DNA from: Candidatus Bathyarchaeota archaeon
Lineage (GTDB): Archaea; Thermoproteota; Bathyarchaeia; TCS64
Assembly: GCA_963771885.1 (NCBI GenBank)
Contig: CAVYVF010000023.1
Location: 896,001-960,000, forward strand
Reading direction: 5' to 3'
Length of the DNA stretch: 64,000 nt
Positions within the stretch are counted from its first letter, which is position 1, and each line of letters starts with the position of its first letter. Below the pieces are notes generated by a model that made no database searches, was not told the origin of the DNA, and saw nothing but the letters and a program-made list of their open reading frames with translations. The position numbers and the translations under genes are program-made. Shown piece by piece: positions 10,449 through 20,208 of the stretch.

Positions 10449-10635
10449 ATTTTACACTTCCCCGTAGAGCCAGATACCGTTAACTCTGGCGTTTTATATA
10501 CTGGTGTTCTGAACCGCGCGCGTGGTGAGCATCTCCACCAAAAAAGTGCCTTAATTCTCATGGCTGGAACAATGGCTTGAGCGCTTTTCATATGTACAAA
10601 ATTGATGACAATGAATATTCAGAGACAGTTGCGGT

Positions 10636-12072
10636 TTAGAGTAGGCCTTTCTTCACCGCTTTGGCTAGGTAGCCGTCGACGGCTAGGAAATCATCGGCGG
10701 CCTTTGAGGTGACCTCGTCGGAGGCTCTTTGAGCCTTAGCCATGACCTCCTCCTCATCGAGGGTGACGCACCTCCTGTTCTCGACGACGAATTTGCCGTT
10801 GACGATGACCGTCTCGACCTCGTCGCCGCGGCTATAGTAGATTATGTTTGGGGCTACGTTGCGGACGGGGCGCGTGATGTTCGGAACCATGTGTGGGGCG
10901 TGCAGGTCGAAGACGAGGATGTCCGCCTTCTTCCCAACCTCGAGACTGCCGATCTGGTCGCCGAGTCCTATCGTATTAGCGCCGCCTATCGTCGCGATTC
11001 TGAGCATCTCCCACGCGGGGAGAACCGTCGGGTCCCTATGGCGCACCTTGTTTAGCAGCGCGGCGGTCTTCATGCCGATGAGCATGTTATGTCCTGTGCT
11101 GCCGGGAGCCTGATCGCTTCCGAGGCCCGCGTATTTACCCCCCTGCTGGATGAAGAGGGCGAGGGGAGGCACTATGCCGTCGATGAGGGCGATGCTCGCT
11201 GGGCAACTCGCGTATCTGACCCCCCTCTTGGCGAGGATGGCTACCTCGTCTTCCGTCGAGTGGTGGCAGTGAGCCGCGATGACGTTGTCATCGAGGAACC
11301 CGATCTTGTCGAGGTACCTTATCGTGGTCGTGTCGTAGCGGAGCTTGATCTGTATAGCCTCCCGCTGACCCTGCGCGACGTGTATGTGGCAGAGTTTACC
11401 ACGTTTGACGGCCTCCTCCTTCGTTCGCTCAAGGAGGCTGCGGCTCATCATGTCAGCGCCGTGGGGGGCGAAGATGCAGTTGATCCTTCCCTCACCCGCG
11501 CCATCCCAGCGCTCCACAACCTCGATGCCCGCCTTGAACTTCTGCTCACCGAGCGCCTCGTCGAATATATAGGGCTTATTTGCGTCGGGGCGGCTATTGG
11601 GGCCGATCTCGTTTATCGTGTCGGCTATGTTGGCACGTACGCCGGCGGGGATGAAGACCTTCTCGGCGACGTGGCCCTCGTTGACACCTATCTCGCCGAA
11701 TGTGGTCACACCGCTCTTTACCCCCTCGAGGACTCCTAGGGCACCCGCCGCGATGCTGTGCTCTGGCTTGATGTATTTGGAGAAGGGAGCCATGGTTTTG
11801 AGCATCCACTCTATCTCGGGGACGTCCTGCGCCTCGCCGCGAATGATCGTGTGGCCGGTGTGTATGTGGACGTCTACAAAGCCGGGGAGGACGGCCTTCC
11901 CCTTCGCCTCTATCACGCGCTTCGAGTTCGCATGACTCTTGTTGAGTTCGTGGGTCTTGCCCACAGCGACAATATTCTGGCCTTCGATGGCGACAGCGCC
12001 GTCCTCGACGACGCCTAGTCCCTCGCCGCGCATGGTGAGGAGGGTTCCGCCTCTGATGTAGATGTCTGCCAT
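10636..12072 (-). CDS. Amidohydrolase, MTA/SAH-deaminase (SsnA/AtzA)-like
   Basis: LPGFVDVHIH, HIHVAQ, AAHC, LGSD, GSLEVGKKAD. Confidence 0.85.
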   Translation of the reverse strand: MADIYIRGGTLLTMRGEGLGVVEDGAVAIEGQNIVAVGKTHELNKSHANSKRVIEAKGKAVLPGFVDVHIHTGHTIIRGEAQDVPEIEWMLKTMAPFSKYIKPEHSIAAGALGVLEGVKSGVTTFGEIGVNEGHVAEKVFIPAGVRANIADTINEIGPNSRPDANKPYIFDEALGEQKFKAGIEVVERWDGAGEGRINCIFAPHGADMMSRSLLERTKEEAVKRGKLCHIHVAQGQREAIQIKLRYDTTTIRYLDKIGFLDDNVIAAHCHHSTEDEVAILAKRGVRYASCPASIALIDGIVPPLALFIQQGGKYAGLGSDQAPGSTGHNMLIGMKTAALLNKVRHRDPTVLPAWEMLRIATIGGANTIGLGDQIGSLEVGKKADILVFDLHAPHMVPNITRPVRNVAPNIIYYSRGDEVETVIVNGKFVVENRRCVTLDEEEVMAKAQRASDEVTSKAADDFLAVDGYLAKAVKKGLL

Positions 12073-12182
12073 TGGGTTCCGGTAGTTGTGCGCCACATCA
12101 TATTTTACATCTTCGGTGTGTGGGTGGTGTGTTCGCCACTGCGCTGGGGCACGGGTTGTTCAATTGATTGAAAACGAGTTGT

Positions 12183-12659
12183 TTACCTAGCCACGTTCAC
12201 AGGGGTGATCTTGAGGGCCTTCTGTATCTCCTCAGGTGTGATCTCGAGGATGAAGCCACGTTGGCCCCCGTTGATATAGAATCGGGGTAGCTGAAGTATG
12301 GATTCCTCGGCGTAGACGGGCATCTGGCGCTTCGTGCCGAACGGGCTAATCCCGCCTACGAGGTAACCCGTGTGACGTTGTGCGTCCTTGACGTCGCAGG
12401 CTGAGACGTTCTTCGCCCCTATCTGGCGGGCGAGGTCCTTTAGGCTCACCTCCTTATCCCCATGCTGGAGCATGACTATGGGCTCCCCAGCGTCCCTCTG
12501 CATGATTAGAGTCTTCACAACCACATGAAGACTAACTCCGAGTCCGTCTGCAGCTATTTCGGAGCCCTTTCGGGCGTAGTCGTATGTGTGCTTTTTGTAA
12601 TTGACGCCGAGTTCGTCGAGGTGCGCAGTCGCAGGCGTTGTTGGGAACCGCTTCGACAT
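12183..12659 (-). CDS. ybaK: YbaK/EbsC aminoacyl-tRNA deacylase
   Basis: VVKTL, TGYLVGGISPFG, INGGQRG. Confidence 0.88.
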   Translation of the reverse strand: MSKRFPTTPATAHLDELGVNYKKHTYDYARKGSEIAADGLGVSLHVVVKTLIMQRDAGEPIVMLQHGDKEVSLKDLARQIGAKNVSACDVKDAQRHTGYLVGGISPFGTKRQMPVYAEESILQLPRFYINGGQRGFILEITPEEIQKALKITPVNVAR

Positions 12660-12736
12660 GGGATAAGGGTCGCACCAATCCCCGTTTAGGGTTTACGGCG
12701 CCTGTGTCAAATAGATCCGCCAACAAGGTAGTGGGC

Positions 12737-13855
12737 ATGATAAGCGTAGAGGAGATCAGGTGCGACTTCCCCGCACTCGAGAAGTGGGTGTATCTTGACA
12801 ACGCCTTCGTCGGGCTGATGCCCCGGCCTGTGAGGGAGGGCTATGAAAATTGGGCTGACGAGTGGATGAACTTCGAGGTGGGCAACAGAACCATCCTATC
12901 CGGATGGCTTGAGAAGGCGACTGCCGTCAGAGAGATGATGGCGAAGTTCGTAGGCGTCTCCCCCCTCGAAATCGCCTACACCATGTGCACAGGCAGCGGC
13001 CTCAACATAGTGATCAATGGAACCAAGTGGAGGAGGGGGGACAACGTCGTCTTCGCGGAGTGGGAGCATAACCCCCTTGACACCCACACCACGAGGCGCA
13101 ACGGCGTCGAGTCACGCGTCTGGAAGCCGCAGAACGGCAGATTCCTCATATCCGATTTGGAGAAGCTGGTCGACGACAAGACTCGACTGGTACAGGTGAG
13201 CGACGTCAGCTACGTTAACGGATTCCGTGCCGACCTGAAGGCGGCAGCCAACGTCGCCCACCGCCACGGGGGCAAACTCCTCGTAGACGCCACGCAGGCA
13301 GTAGGCGCGCTCAAGGTCGATTACAAGCGGGACGGCGCTGACTACGTCTCCTGGGCACCCTACAAGTACCTGATGGGCCCCGCCGGCCTCGCCTTCCTCT
13401 ACGTCGACGAGGGGTCGATAAGGGAATTGACTCCCGACAGGGTAGGGTGGAAGAATCAGATCTGGGAGGGCGCCCACGCGGAGGACAAGACGCCGGAGGA
13501 CACAGCTGAGAAGTTCGAATACGGAACAATCAACTTCCAGGGCGTCTACGCGATGGAGGCGTCCCTCAGGTATCTGAGCCGACTCGGTATCGACTTCGTC
13601 GAGAAGCGCGTCCTCGACACAACCGACTACCTATACAAGCGACTCTGCGAGCAGGGCAAGGAGTTGTGGACGCCTGAAGGAAACAAGGCGCCAGTAGTCA
13701 CCTATATGCAGGACAGCGCAGTCGCCCTCGCCGAGAGACTGAAGGAGGCGAAAATCAAGGTTACAGGTCGCGAGGCACATGGCGGTCACATGAGGATCAG
13801 CGCCCACTTCTATAACACGCGGGGCGACGTCGACAAGCTCATCGACGCCTTATAA
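12737..13855 (+). CDS. PLP-dependent aminotransferase class V fold enzyme
   Basis: YLDNA, VDATQAVG, YKYLMGP (PLP Lys), FEYGT, RISAHFYN. Confidence 0.85.
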   Translation: MISVEEIRCDFPALEKWVYLDNAFVGLMPRPVREGYENWADEWMNFEVGNRTILSGWLEKATAVREMMAKFVGVSPLEIAYTMCTGSGLNIVINGTKWRRGDNVVFAEWEHNPLDTHTTRRNGVESRVWKPQNGRFLISDLEKLVDDKTRLVQVSDVSYVNGFRADLKAAANVAHRHGGKLLVDATQAVGALKVDYKRDGADYVSWAPYKYLMGPAGLAFLYVDEGSIRELTPDRVGWKNQIWEGAHAEDKTPEDTAEKFEYGTINFQGVYAMEASLRYLSRLGIDFVEKRVLDTTDYLYKRLCEQGKELWTPEGNKAPVVTYMQDSAVALAERLKEAKIKVTGREAHGGHMRISAHFYNTRGDVDKLIDAL

Positions 13856-13990
13856 TCACTTTAAATCGCTCCACGTGTACTCGTCGGCCTCCCACGAGTA
13901 GGAGCCAATCTTCACACTCTTCGTTTCGCCGTCTACGATCAAGTATTTGTAGAAGTCGTAGCGCGTGCGTTTTTGATTGAAATTCTTACA
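13856..13990 (-). pseudogene. Probable 3' gene remnant (resembles the C-terminus of an ABC substrate-binding protein)
   Basis: Open frame ...RTRYDFYKYLIVDGETKSVKIGSYSWEADEYTWSDLK-TGA with coding-like codon usage and no convincing start. Confidence 0.35.
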
Positions 13991-13996
13991 AAGGGG

Positions 13997-15715
13997 TTAG
14001 GACACGTGCGGCAGCCCCTGCTTCTCCGCCTTCTCAATCCACTTCGGCACCGGCGGGATCAGTTTGTCTTCGGGCTTGACAATGACCTCGGTGAAGGTGG
14101 GGGCCTTCTTGGCGAGGTTCATTTTAAGTGCGGTGCCGAGGTCGGCAGGTTTTCCTACTCGAATCGCCTCGATACCGAAGCCCTCCGCGATTTTCACATA
14201 GTCGACTGGCTTGAAGTTCGTGGCGAAGTCGACATACTCCTTGCCGTAACTGAGTAGCCACTCGGCACGTATCCAGCCGTAGCTGACATTGTTTAGGAGG
14301 ATTATGTGGTTAGGGCCGCCTACGCGCGCTACGGTCTCAAGTTCTCCAGCGGTGAAGCCGAAGCTACCGTCTCCGACAAGGGTTATCACGGCGCTGTTCG
14401 GACGCGCTAGACGTGCACCTATACTGGCTGGAATGGCGTACCCCAGGGCACCAACAGCGTAGTTGAATACCATTCTGCGTCCAGCCTCTGCCTGCCTGAG
14501 GTAGGCAGCCGTGTAGACTGCTGCGATGCCTACGTCCGTGACGAGTGCGTAGTCCTTAGGTAGCGCGTCGCTGAGCTCCTTCGCTAACCTGAGTGGGTGG
14601 ACGGGCACATCGTTACTCAACATGAGCTCCGAGGCGTATGCCTCGTACTCCGCCTTCTGCTTCTGGATCGCCTTGATGCGGGGTAGTTTGTGCACCTTCT
14701 TCTCTTGCTTCTCGGCGACCTCGATCATGACGCGTAGCGTCGCGGCAGCGTCGCCTATGAGAGCGACCTCTGCGGGGTAGTTGTTCCCTACTTCGCCACC
14801 GTCGATGTTGAGCTGCAGTATCTTTGCCTTCGTGTCGAGGGGCGGTATCTTCCAGCCGTCGGTGGCGGTGGAGTCGGTGCTCGAGCCGACGTAGAATATC
14901 ACGTCCGCCTCAGAGATCACCTTATTCGCGTAGGTCGAGCCGCCGCGGGCGCCGGTGACGCCTATGCTGAGTGGGTGGGCCTCGGGGAAGGCACCCTTCG
15001 CGTTTATAGTGGTGCCGACGGGGACGCCGTATAGCTCCGCGAGCACTTGTACCTCGCCCCACGCCTGGCTGAGGAGGACGCCCTGACCGCAGACGATGAC
15101 AGGGCGATGCGCCGAACCGAGCACCTTTAGTGCTTCGCTGATCTTGGCGAGCTCCGCGACGCCGCGATGGCCGGGGTAGGTCTTGAAGTCGGCTTGAGCG
15201 TAGAGCTGGGGTTCTCCTATCTCCTCATCCTGCTTGTCGCTGGGGAACCTGATGTGTACGGGGCCCGGCTTCCCAGTCGTGGCTATGCGGAAAGCGCGAC
15301 GCACTATGCTGGGGAGATCGGACGCCTCCGTGACCGTGATGCTTTCCTTTGTTATCCCACGAAAGAGTGCTGATTGGTCGAGGCCCGTCAGGGTGTTGCG
15401 CCTCTCGTAGTGGAGAGGTATGTCGCTCGCGATTACGACCATGGGGATCGACGCCTTATAGGCCTCGGCGACGCCTGGTACCAAGTGTGTGGCGCCGACG
15501 CTCGGCCCCTCGCAGACACCCGGCTTGAAACTGAACCGCGCGTAAGCATCGGCTGCGAAGGCGGCGCTTCTCTCGTCACGCATCATGATGTGCTTGACCT
15601 CTGGGGTCTGCGACCACTCCCTGTACCAGGGGAGGGTCGTCTCGCCGGGGAGGCCGAAGACATCGTCTACACTGTACGCCTTCAGCATCTCCATCATAGC
15701 CCTAGAAGCGTTCAT
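13997..15715 (-). CDS. Thiamine-diphosphate-binding enzyme, acetolactate synthase large subunit-like
   Basis: FGLPGE, MRDERSAAFAADAYAR, KPGPV, GDGSF...NN. Confidence 0.88.
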   Translation of the reverse strand: MNASRAMMEMLKAYSVDDVFGLPGETTLPWYREWSQTPEVKHIMMRDERSAAFAADAYARFSFKPGVCEGPSVGATHLVPGVAEAYKASIPMVVIASDIPLHYERRNTLTGLDQSALFRGITKESITVTEASDLPSIVRRAFRIATTGKPGPVHIRFPSDKQDEEIGEPQLYAQADFKTYPGHRGVAELAKISEALKVLGSAHRPVIVCGQGVLLSQAWGEVQVLAELYGVPVGTTINAKGAFPEAHPLSIGVTGARGGSTYANKVISEADVIFYVGSSTDSTATDGWKIPPLDTKAKILQLNIDGGEVGNNYPAEVALIGDAAATLRVMIEVAEKQEKKVHKLPRIKAIQKQKAEYEAYASELMLSNDVPVHPLRLAKELSDALPKDYALVTDVGIAAVYTAAYLRQAEAGRRMVFNYAVGALGYAIPASIGARLARPNSAVITLVGDGSFGFTAGELETVARVGGPNHIILLNNVSYGWIRAEWLLSYGKEYVDFATNFKPVDYVKIAEGFGIEAIRVGKPADLGTALKMNLAKKAPTFTEVIVKPEDKLIPPVPKWIEKAEKQGLPHVS

Positions 15716-15843
15716 CGCGATGAACCGAACATTGCCCAAGAGGAGATAAGTGCTTCTAGGGGTCTGGAGTAATTTTTTACCCTAGTGAAATCTAGACGGC
15801 AACAGCTTTTAGGGCGCTGGGTCGGGATAGTTTTGAATTAGCC

Positions 15844-16665
15844 TTGATCGAGATTCGCTTCCACGGAAGGGGCGGACAGGGTGCCGTCACCGCCGTGAAG
15901 ATACTCGCGTCAGCGATCTACCTAGAGGGCAAGTACACTCAAGCGATCCCTATGTACGGCACCGAGAGGCGTGGGGCACCCGTAGCCGCCTTCTGCCGCG
16001 TAGACGACACACGCATACGCGAACGCGACCTAGTACACGAACCCGATATCGTCGTCGTCCTTGACCCGCTCCTTAACAGGAGCGTCGACGTAACGGACGG
16101 CCTCAAGAAGGATGGGCTCGTAATAGTAAACCACCCCGGCTCAGCGAAGGATACCGGGCTCTCCGGCGACTTTAAGATCGCCACAGTCGACGCGACCAAG
16201 ATCGCACTCGACGTGATCGGCAGACCCATTACGAACACAGCGATTCTGGGCGCCTTTGCTAAGGCCACGGGTCTCGTTACAATCGACTCGCTCGCCAAGT
16301 CGCTCAGCATGGAGCTCTCCGAGCGCCTGATCCCGAAGAACGTGGAGGCGATGAAGAAGGCGTACGAGGCGACCAGCGCCCCCGTAGATGCCTCCGGCTT
16401 CAAGAAGGCCGAGATAGTTAAGAAGGCGTCAACCCAACCACTCATCTCGTACTCTCGCAACGTCTCCGACTGGCGCGTCATACGCCCCGTCGTCGACAAG
16501 GCGAAGTGCGTCGGCTGCAAGCGTTGCTGGGTTTATTGCCCGGAGACGGCGGTCGAGATGAAGGAGAACAAAGCCGAGATCAACTATGACTACTGCAAGG
16601 GCTGCGGTATCTGCTCGGAGGAGTGCCTCGTAGGCGCCGTAAAGATGGTGAGGGAGGAAGTCTAA
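15844..16665 (+). CDS. Pyruvate/2-oxoacid:ferredoxin oxidoreductase gamma-delta fusion subunit
   Basis: [11 protein letters not shown] and [10 protein letters not shown], plus C-terminal WRVIRP and two CxxCxxCxxxC ferredoxin motifs. Confidence 0.9.
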
Positions 16666-17904
16666 ATGAAGTCTGAAGTTATGGTCGGCAACAAGGCCGT
16701 CGCCTACGCGACGAAGTTAGCTCGTGCGAACCTCATCGCAGCTTATCCAATCACCCCTCAGACGACCATCGTCGAGTACCTGAGCGAGTTCGTCGCCGCA
16801 GGCGACCTAAAGGCGGAGTACGTAGCCGTCGAGGGCGAGATCACGGCGCAGCTCGTCTGCCTTAGTGGCAGCATCGCGGGTGCGCGTGCATTCACGGCGA
16901 CGTCCGGCGAGGGTCTCCTCTATATGAGCCACGCCCTCCACCACACGGCGCGCTACTGGGCACCCGTTGTTATGGCGGTCTGTAATAGGAGCGTACGCAC
17001 GATGCAGCCCGACCACACAGATCTTCTAGCACAGCGCGAGACGGGCTGGATTCAGCTCTACTGCGAGAACAACCAGGAGGTCCTCGACACTGGAATCATG
17101 GCATATAAGATCGCGGAGGATGAACGAGTTCGCCTCCCCGTCGCCTACGCACTTGACGGCTACGTCCTCAGCTTCACAGCAGAGCCCGTCGAGATACCTG
17201 AACAGGAGAAGGTCGACGCGTGGCTACCGCCCTTCAAGACCCAGTACCCCGTTCTCCCAGAGACATGGGATAACGACTTAGCGGAGTACAAGAAGCACTG
17301 GGAGCAGGGCAAGAGCATCAACGAACCGTTCACTGCCTGGGCTGGTGACGAGAACTTCAGCCACCTCACGATGATCGGCTGGAAGGGGCATGACCTCCAG
17401 TGGCGTTGGAGAGCGCACCAGGAGGCAATGATGAGGGCGAAGAAGGTCATCAGAGAAGTCAACGAGGAGTACGGTGAGCTCTTCGGCAGAAGATACGGCG
17501 ACGGGCTCCTCGAGGAGTACCGCACAGAGGACGCCGACGCCGTAATAGTTGCAATGGGCACACTCGCAAGCACATCGCGCGCCGCCGTTGACAAGATGAG
17601 GAAGGAGGGCAAGCGCATAGGCCTCGTTAAGCTCAAGTCTTATAGGCCCTTCCCCGACGAGGACTTCAGAGACATAGCCAAGAGGATACACACGATCGGT
17701 GTCATCGACCGCAACATCAGTCTCGGCGAGAACGGCATAGCCTACGGCTCCATAAGGAGCGCCGTCTACGACATGAAGGACCGCCCAAAAGTCCTCGGTT
17801 ACTACGCAGGCCTCGCAGGGCGCGAGGTCAGGGTAAGGGACATCGAGAAGGCGGCGGAGAAGACGCTCAAGGGTGGCGAAGAGGCGCCCACCTGGATAGG
17901 GTGA
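16666..17904 (+). CDS. porA: Pyruvate/2-oxoacid:ferredoxin oxidoreductase alpha subunit
   Basis: AYPITPQT, FTATSGEGL, ETGWIQ, YRPFP. Confidence 0.88.
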   Translation: MKSEVMVGNKAVAYATKLARANLIAAYPITPQTTIVEYLSEFVAAGDLKAEYVAVEGEITAQLVCLSGSIAGARAFTATSGEGLLYMSHALHHTARYWAPVVMAVCNRSVRTMQPDHTDLLAQRETGWIQLYCENNQEVLDTGIMAYKIAEDERVRLPVAYALDGYVLSFTAEPVEIPEQEKVDAWLPPFKTQYPVLPETWDNDLAEYKKHWEQGKSINEPFTAWAGDENFSHLTMIGWKGHDLQWRWRAHQEAMMRAKKVIREVNEEYGELFGRRYGDGLLEEYRTEDADAVIVAMGTLASTSRAAVDKMRKEGKRIGLVKLKSYRPFPDEDFRDIAKRIHTIGVIDRNISLGENGIAYGSIRSAVYDMKDRPKVLGYYAGLAGREVRVRDIEKAAEKTLKGGEEAPTWIG

Positions 17905-17908
17905 TGAA

Positions 17909-18805
17909 ATGAGCAAGAAAATGAGCATCCGGGACCTCCGCGAGGAGGAGGTAATGTGGAGCGGCAACCCAGCGTGCCAGGGCTGCGGAGGATCGATAGT
18001 CGGCAGACTGATATTCAAGGCACTCGGCAGAAACTCGGCACGCGTCGAGGTCGCCTCGTGCGCCCCCGGTTTCATGAATATACGCGTCCCCAGCTTCTTC
18101 GGCCCCGCCTTCGAGGGGGGAGCCGCCTTCGCCACTGGCCTAGCCAGGGGATACAAGGTCATTGGCAGAGAGGACATAACAGTCGCCGCCCTAATCGGAG
18201 ACGGCGGGACAGTCGACATAGGCTTCCAGGGACTCAGCGGCGCCGCTGAGCGCAACGAGAACGTCTTCTGGTTCACCTACGACAACGAGGCATACATGAA
18301 CACCGGCGGTCAGCGCAGCAGCGCGACGCCGGCGCATGCCTCCACCTCGACGACGCCTGTAGCGGCTCTGAGTCGGGGAAAGACGAGCGAGAAGAAGAAC
18401 GTCCCCATGATACTCGCCTTACACCATGTCCCATTCGTCGCTACCGCTTCGGTCGCTTACCCCGAGGACCTGACTGCTAAGATCGTCTACGGCAAGCCGC
18501 TCAAGGGCTTCCGCTACATGCACATCTACAGCCCCTGCCCCACAGGCTGGGGCACAGATCCTAAAGACACCATAAAGCTCGCGAGGCTAAGCGTCGAGTC
18601 CGGCATGTGGCCCCTCTACGAGATAACCGGGGACCGAAAGATCAGGCTCACATATAAGCCGCGTGAGCTGAAGCCAGTCTCCGAGGTGCTGAAGATGCAG
18701 GGCAGGTTCAGGCACTTAAAGGATGAGGAGATCGCTGGAATACAGGAGCAGACGACGGCAAACTGGCAGCACCTCCTCGAAATGGATGGTAAACAGCTAT
18801 TCTAG
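17909..18805 (+). CDS. porB: Pyruvate/2-oxoacid:ferredoxin oxidoreductase beta subunit
   Basis: ACQGCG, GDGGTVDIG, DNEAYMNTGGQRS, SPCPTGW, QGRFRHL. Confidence 0.9.
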   Translation: MSKKMSIRDLREEEVMWSGNPACQGCGGSIVGRLIFKALGRNSARVEVASCAPGFMNIRVPSFFGPAFEGGAAFATGLARGYKVIGREDITVAALIGDGGTVDIGFQGLSGAAERNENVFWFTYDNEAYMNTGGQRSSATPAHASTSTTPVAALSRGKTSEKKNVPMILALHHVPFVATASVAYPEDLTAKIVYGKPLKGFRYMHIYSPCPTGWGTDPKDTIKLARLSVESGMWPLYEITGDRKIRLTYKPRELKPVSEVLKMQGRFRHLKDEEIAGIQEQTTANWQHLLEMDGKQLF

Positions 18806-18820
18806 CCCGACCTTTCAGGG

Positions 18821-19083
18821 CTACTTCTTTATCGAAATGTACCTGTCGAGGGCGATTATCGCTGCGAACCAGATGACGAGGTCGATCGCCATTGATGTCA
18901 GATCGATGCGCCATTTGTCGACGGGTCCGGCTATCGTGACGAGCGTGTTTTCTCCCCAATTTAAGGGGAGTCCGTAGCTCACCCTGACGAGGTCGGGCAC
19001 CTCGTATGCCCACCCCAGAGCATCGAGAGAAGGGCTACGACAACAAGTAGGACGAGGAGAGCATCGGCTACAATCTGCTTCAT
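18821..19083 (-). CDS. Small two-TM membrane protein, frameshift in a G-run near 19012; absent from ORF track
   Basis: MKQIVADALLVLLVVVALLSMLWG, then after the shift WAYEVPDLVRVSYGLPLNWGENTLVTIAGPVDKWRIDLTSMAIDLVIWFAAIIALDRYISIKK-stop. Confidence 0.6.
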
Positions 19084-19171
19084 AGGAAAGTTTCGGAAAC
19101 GCGTATAATTATAGGTATCGCGTTTGACTCATAACAATATAACGATGTAACTAAGTAGTTATGATTACACG

Positions 19172-19984
19172 GTGTCCACCGGGTTGACGACGATCCTCAA
19201 GTGGGCTGGGGGTAAGAGGAGTCTAACTCCGGCCATCGTCGCCACCTTCCCCCCAGACTACGCCGAGAGGCGCTATCACGAGCCCTTCCTCGGAGGGGGT
19301 GCCGTCTTCTTCGCCATCAATCCCAAAGGGGGAACGGTCAACGACGTTAACCCGCGCCTAGTCAACTTCTACCGAGTCGTCAGAGATGATCCCGCCGCAC
19401 TCATCGCCGAGGCGTCGAAGCACCTCTACGAGAAGGAAACCTACTATCGCATTCGGGACAGGTTCAACGGCGGTGGGCTTGACGCCGTGGAGGACGCGGC
19501 GCTGCTGCTCTACCTCAACAAGACGGGGTACAACGGGCTCTACAGGGTCAACAGTAGAGGACTCTTCAACGTGCCATTCGGCACATACAAGAACCCGAGG
19601 ATAGTCCCCGAGGGTGACATCTACGCCGCCAGTGAGGTGCTCCGCCGAGTAGAGCTGCGCTGCGAGGACTTCTCCTATCTCCTCAACGAGGCGCGGGAGG
19701 GCGATCTAGTCTATCTCGACCCTCCCTACGAGCCATTAAGCAGGACCTCCAACTTCAACACCTACAGCCCCACAGGGTTCCCATGGTCGGAACAGGAGAG
19801 GCTCGCCGGGATCGTGAGGGAGCTTGATGCGCGGGGCGTACTATTCACCCTGAGCAACAGCGAGCCCGTCAAGAGACTCTACAGAGGATTCAGGGTAAGG
19901 GTCGTTCACGCCAACCGCAGCATAAACACGAAGACGAGTTCCCGGGGCCCAGTCAGAGAGATAATTGTATCGAATATCGTGTAG
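19172..19984 (+). CDS. dam: Dam-family (D12 class) DNA adenine methyltransferase
   Basis: LKWAGGK, EPFLGGGAV, LNKTGYNGLYRVN, FNVPFG, YLDPPY, LSNS. Confidence 0.92.
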   Translation: MSTGLTTILKWAGGKRSLTPAIVATFPPDYAERRYHEPFLGGGAVFFAINPKGGTVNDVNPRLVNFYRVVRDDPAALIAEASKHLYEKETYYRIRDRFNGGGLDAVEDAALLLYLNKTGYNGLYRVNSRGLFNVPFGTYKNPRIVPEGDIYAASEVLRRVELRCEDFSYLLNEAREGDLVYLDPPYEPLSRTSNFNTYSPTGFPWSEQERLAGIVRELDARGVLFTLSNSEPVKRLYRGFRVRVVHANRSINTKTSSRGPVREIIVSNIV

Positions 19985-19999
19985 AAAATAGCGTGAACA

Positions 20000-20150
20000 T
20001 TAGCTGACGGTCCTGAGGCTTACGCTTCCGACGCCGAGGCCGATGTTCAGATCAAGCTTGGGATCTGGTTGCGCGTCGTATTCCCTCGTCCGCGCGCGTG
20101 CTTGTCGGCGATGGAGTCTACGCTTAGCCTCCAACGACCGAGATGAGTTT
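20000..20150 (-). pseudogene. Possible 3' gene remnant (beta-rich C-terminus, LiaF/DUF2154-like)
   Basis: ...TREYDAQPDPKLDLNIGLGVGSVSLRTVS-stop; upstream part looks scrambled. Confidence 0.3.
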
Positions 20151-20208
20151 CTGCTCGTGTGAATTCTCTTAAATTCGGTGCGACGCATGTACTTCGAGGG
20201 GTTAAGTG

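Noticed and set aside
10455..10545. Short hairpins GCCAGA...TCTGGC and TGGTG...CACCA between hypC and the amidohydrolase
   Set aside because: Only 5-7 bp stems with no recognisable ncRNA motif; could be chance or simple terminators
12120..12180. GGTGGTGTGTTCGCCAC resembles the 5' part of a fluoride riboswitch
   Set aside because: Lacks the conserved GGxGAUG start and the downstream UGAUGAC element, and no + strand gene follows
12737..13855. Class V PLP enzyme as the cysteine desulfurase feeding the TusA/DsrE cluster
   Set aside because: The catalytic Cys loop (RxGHHC or SSGSAC) is absent; the region reads VTGREAHGGH
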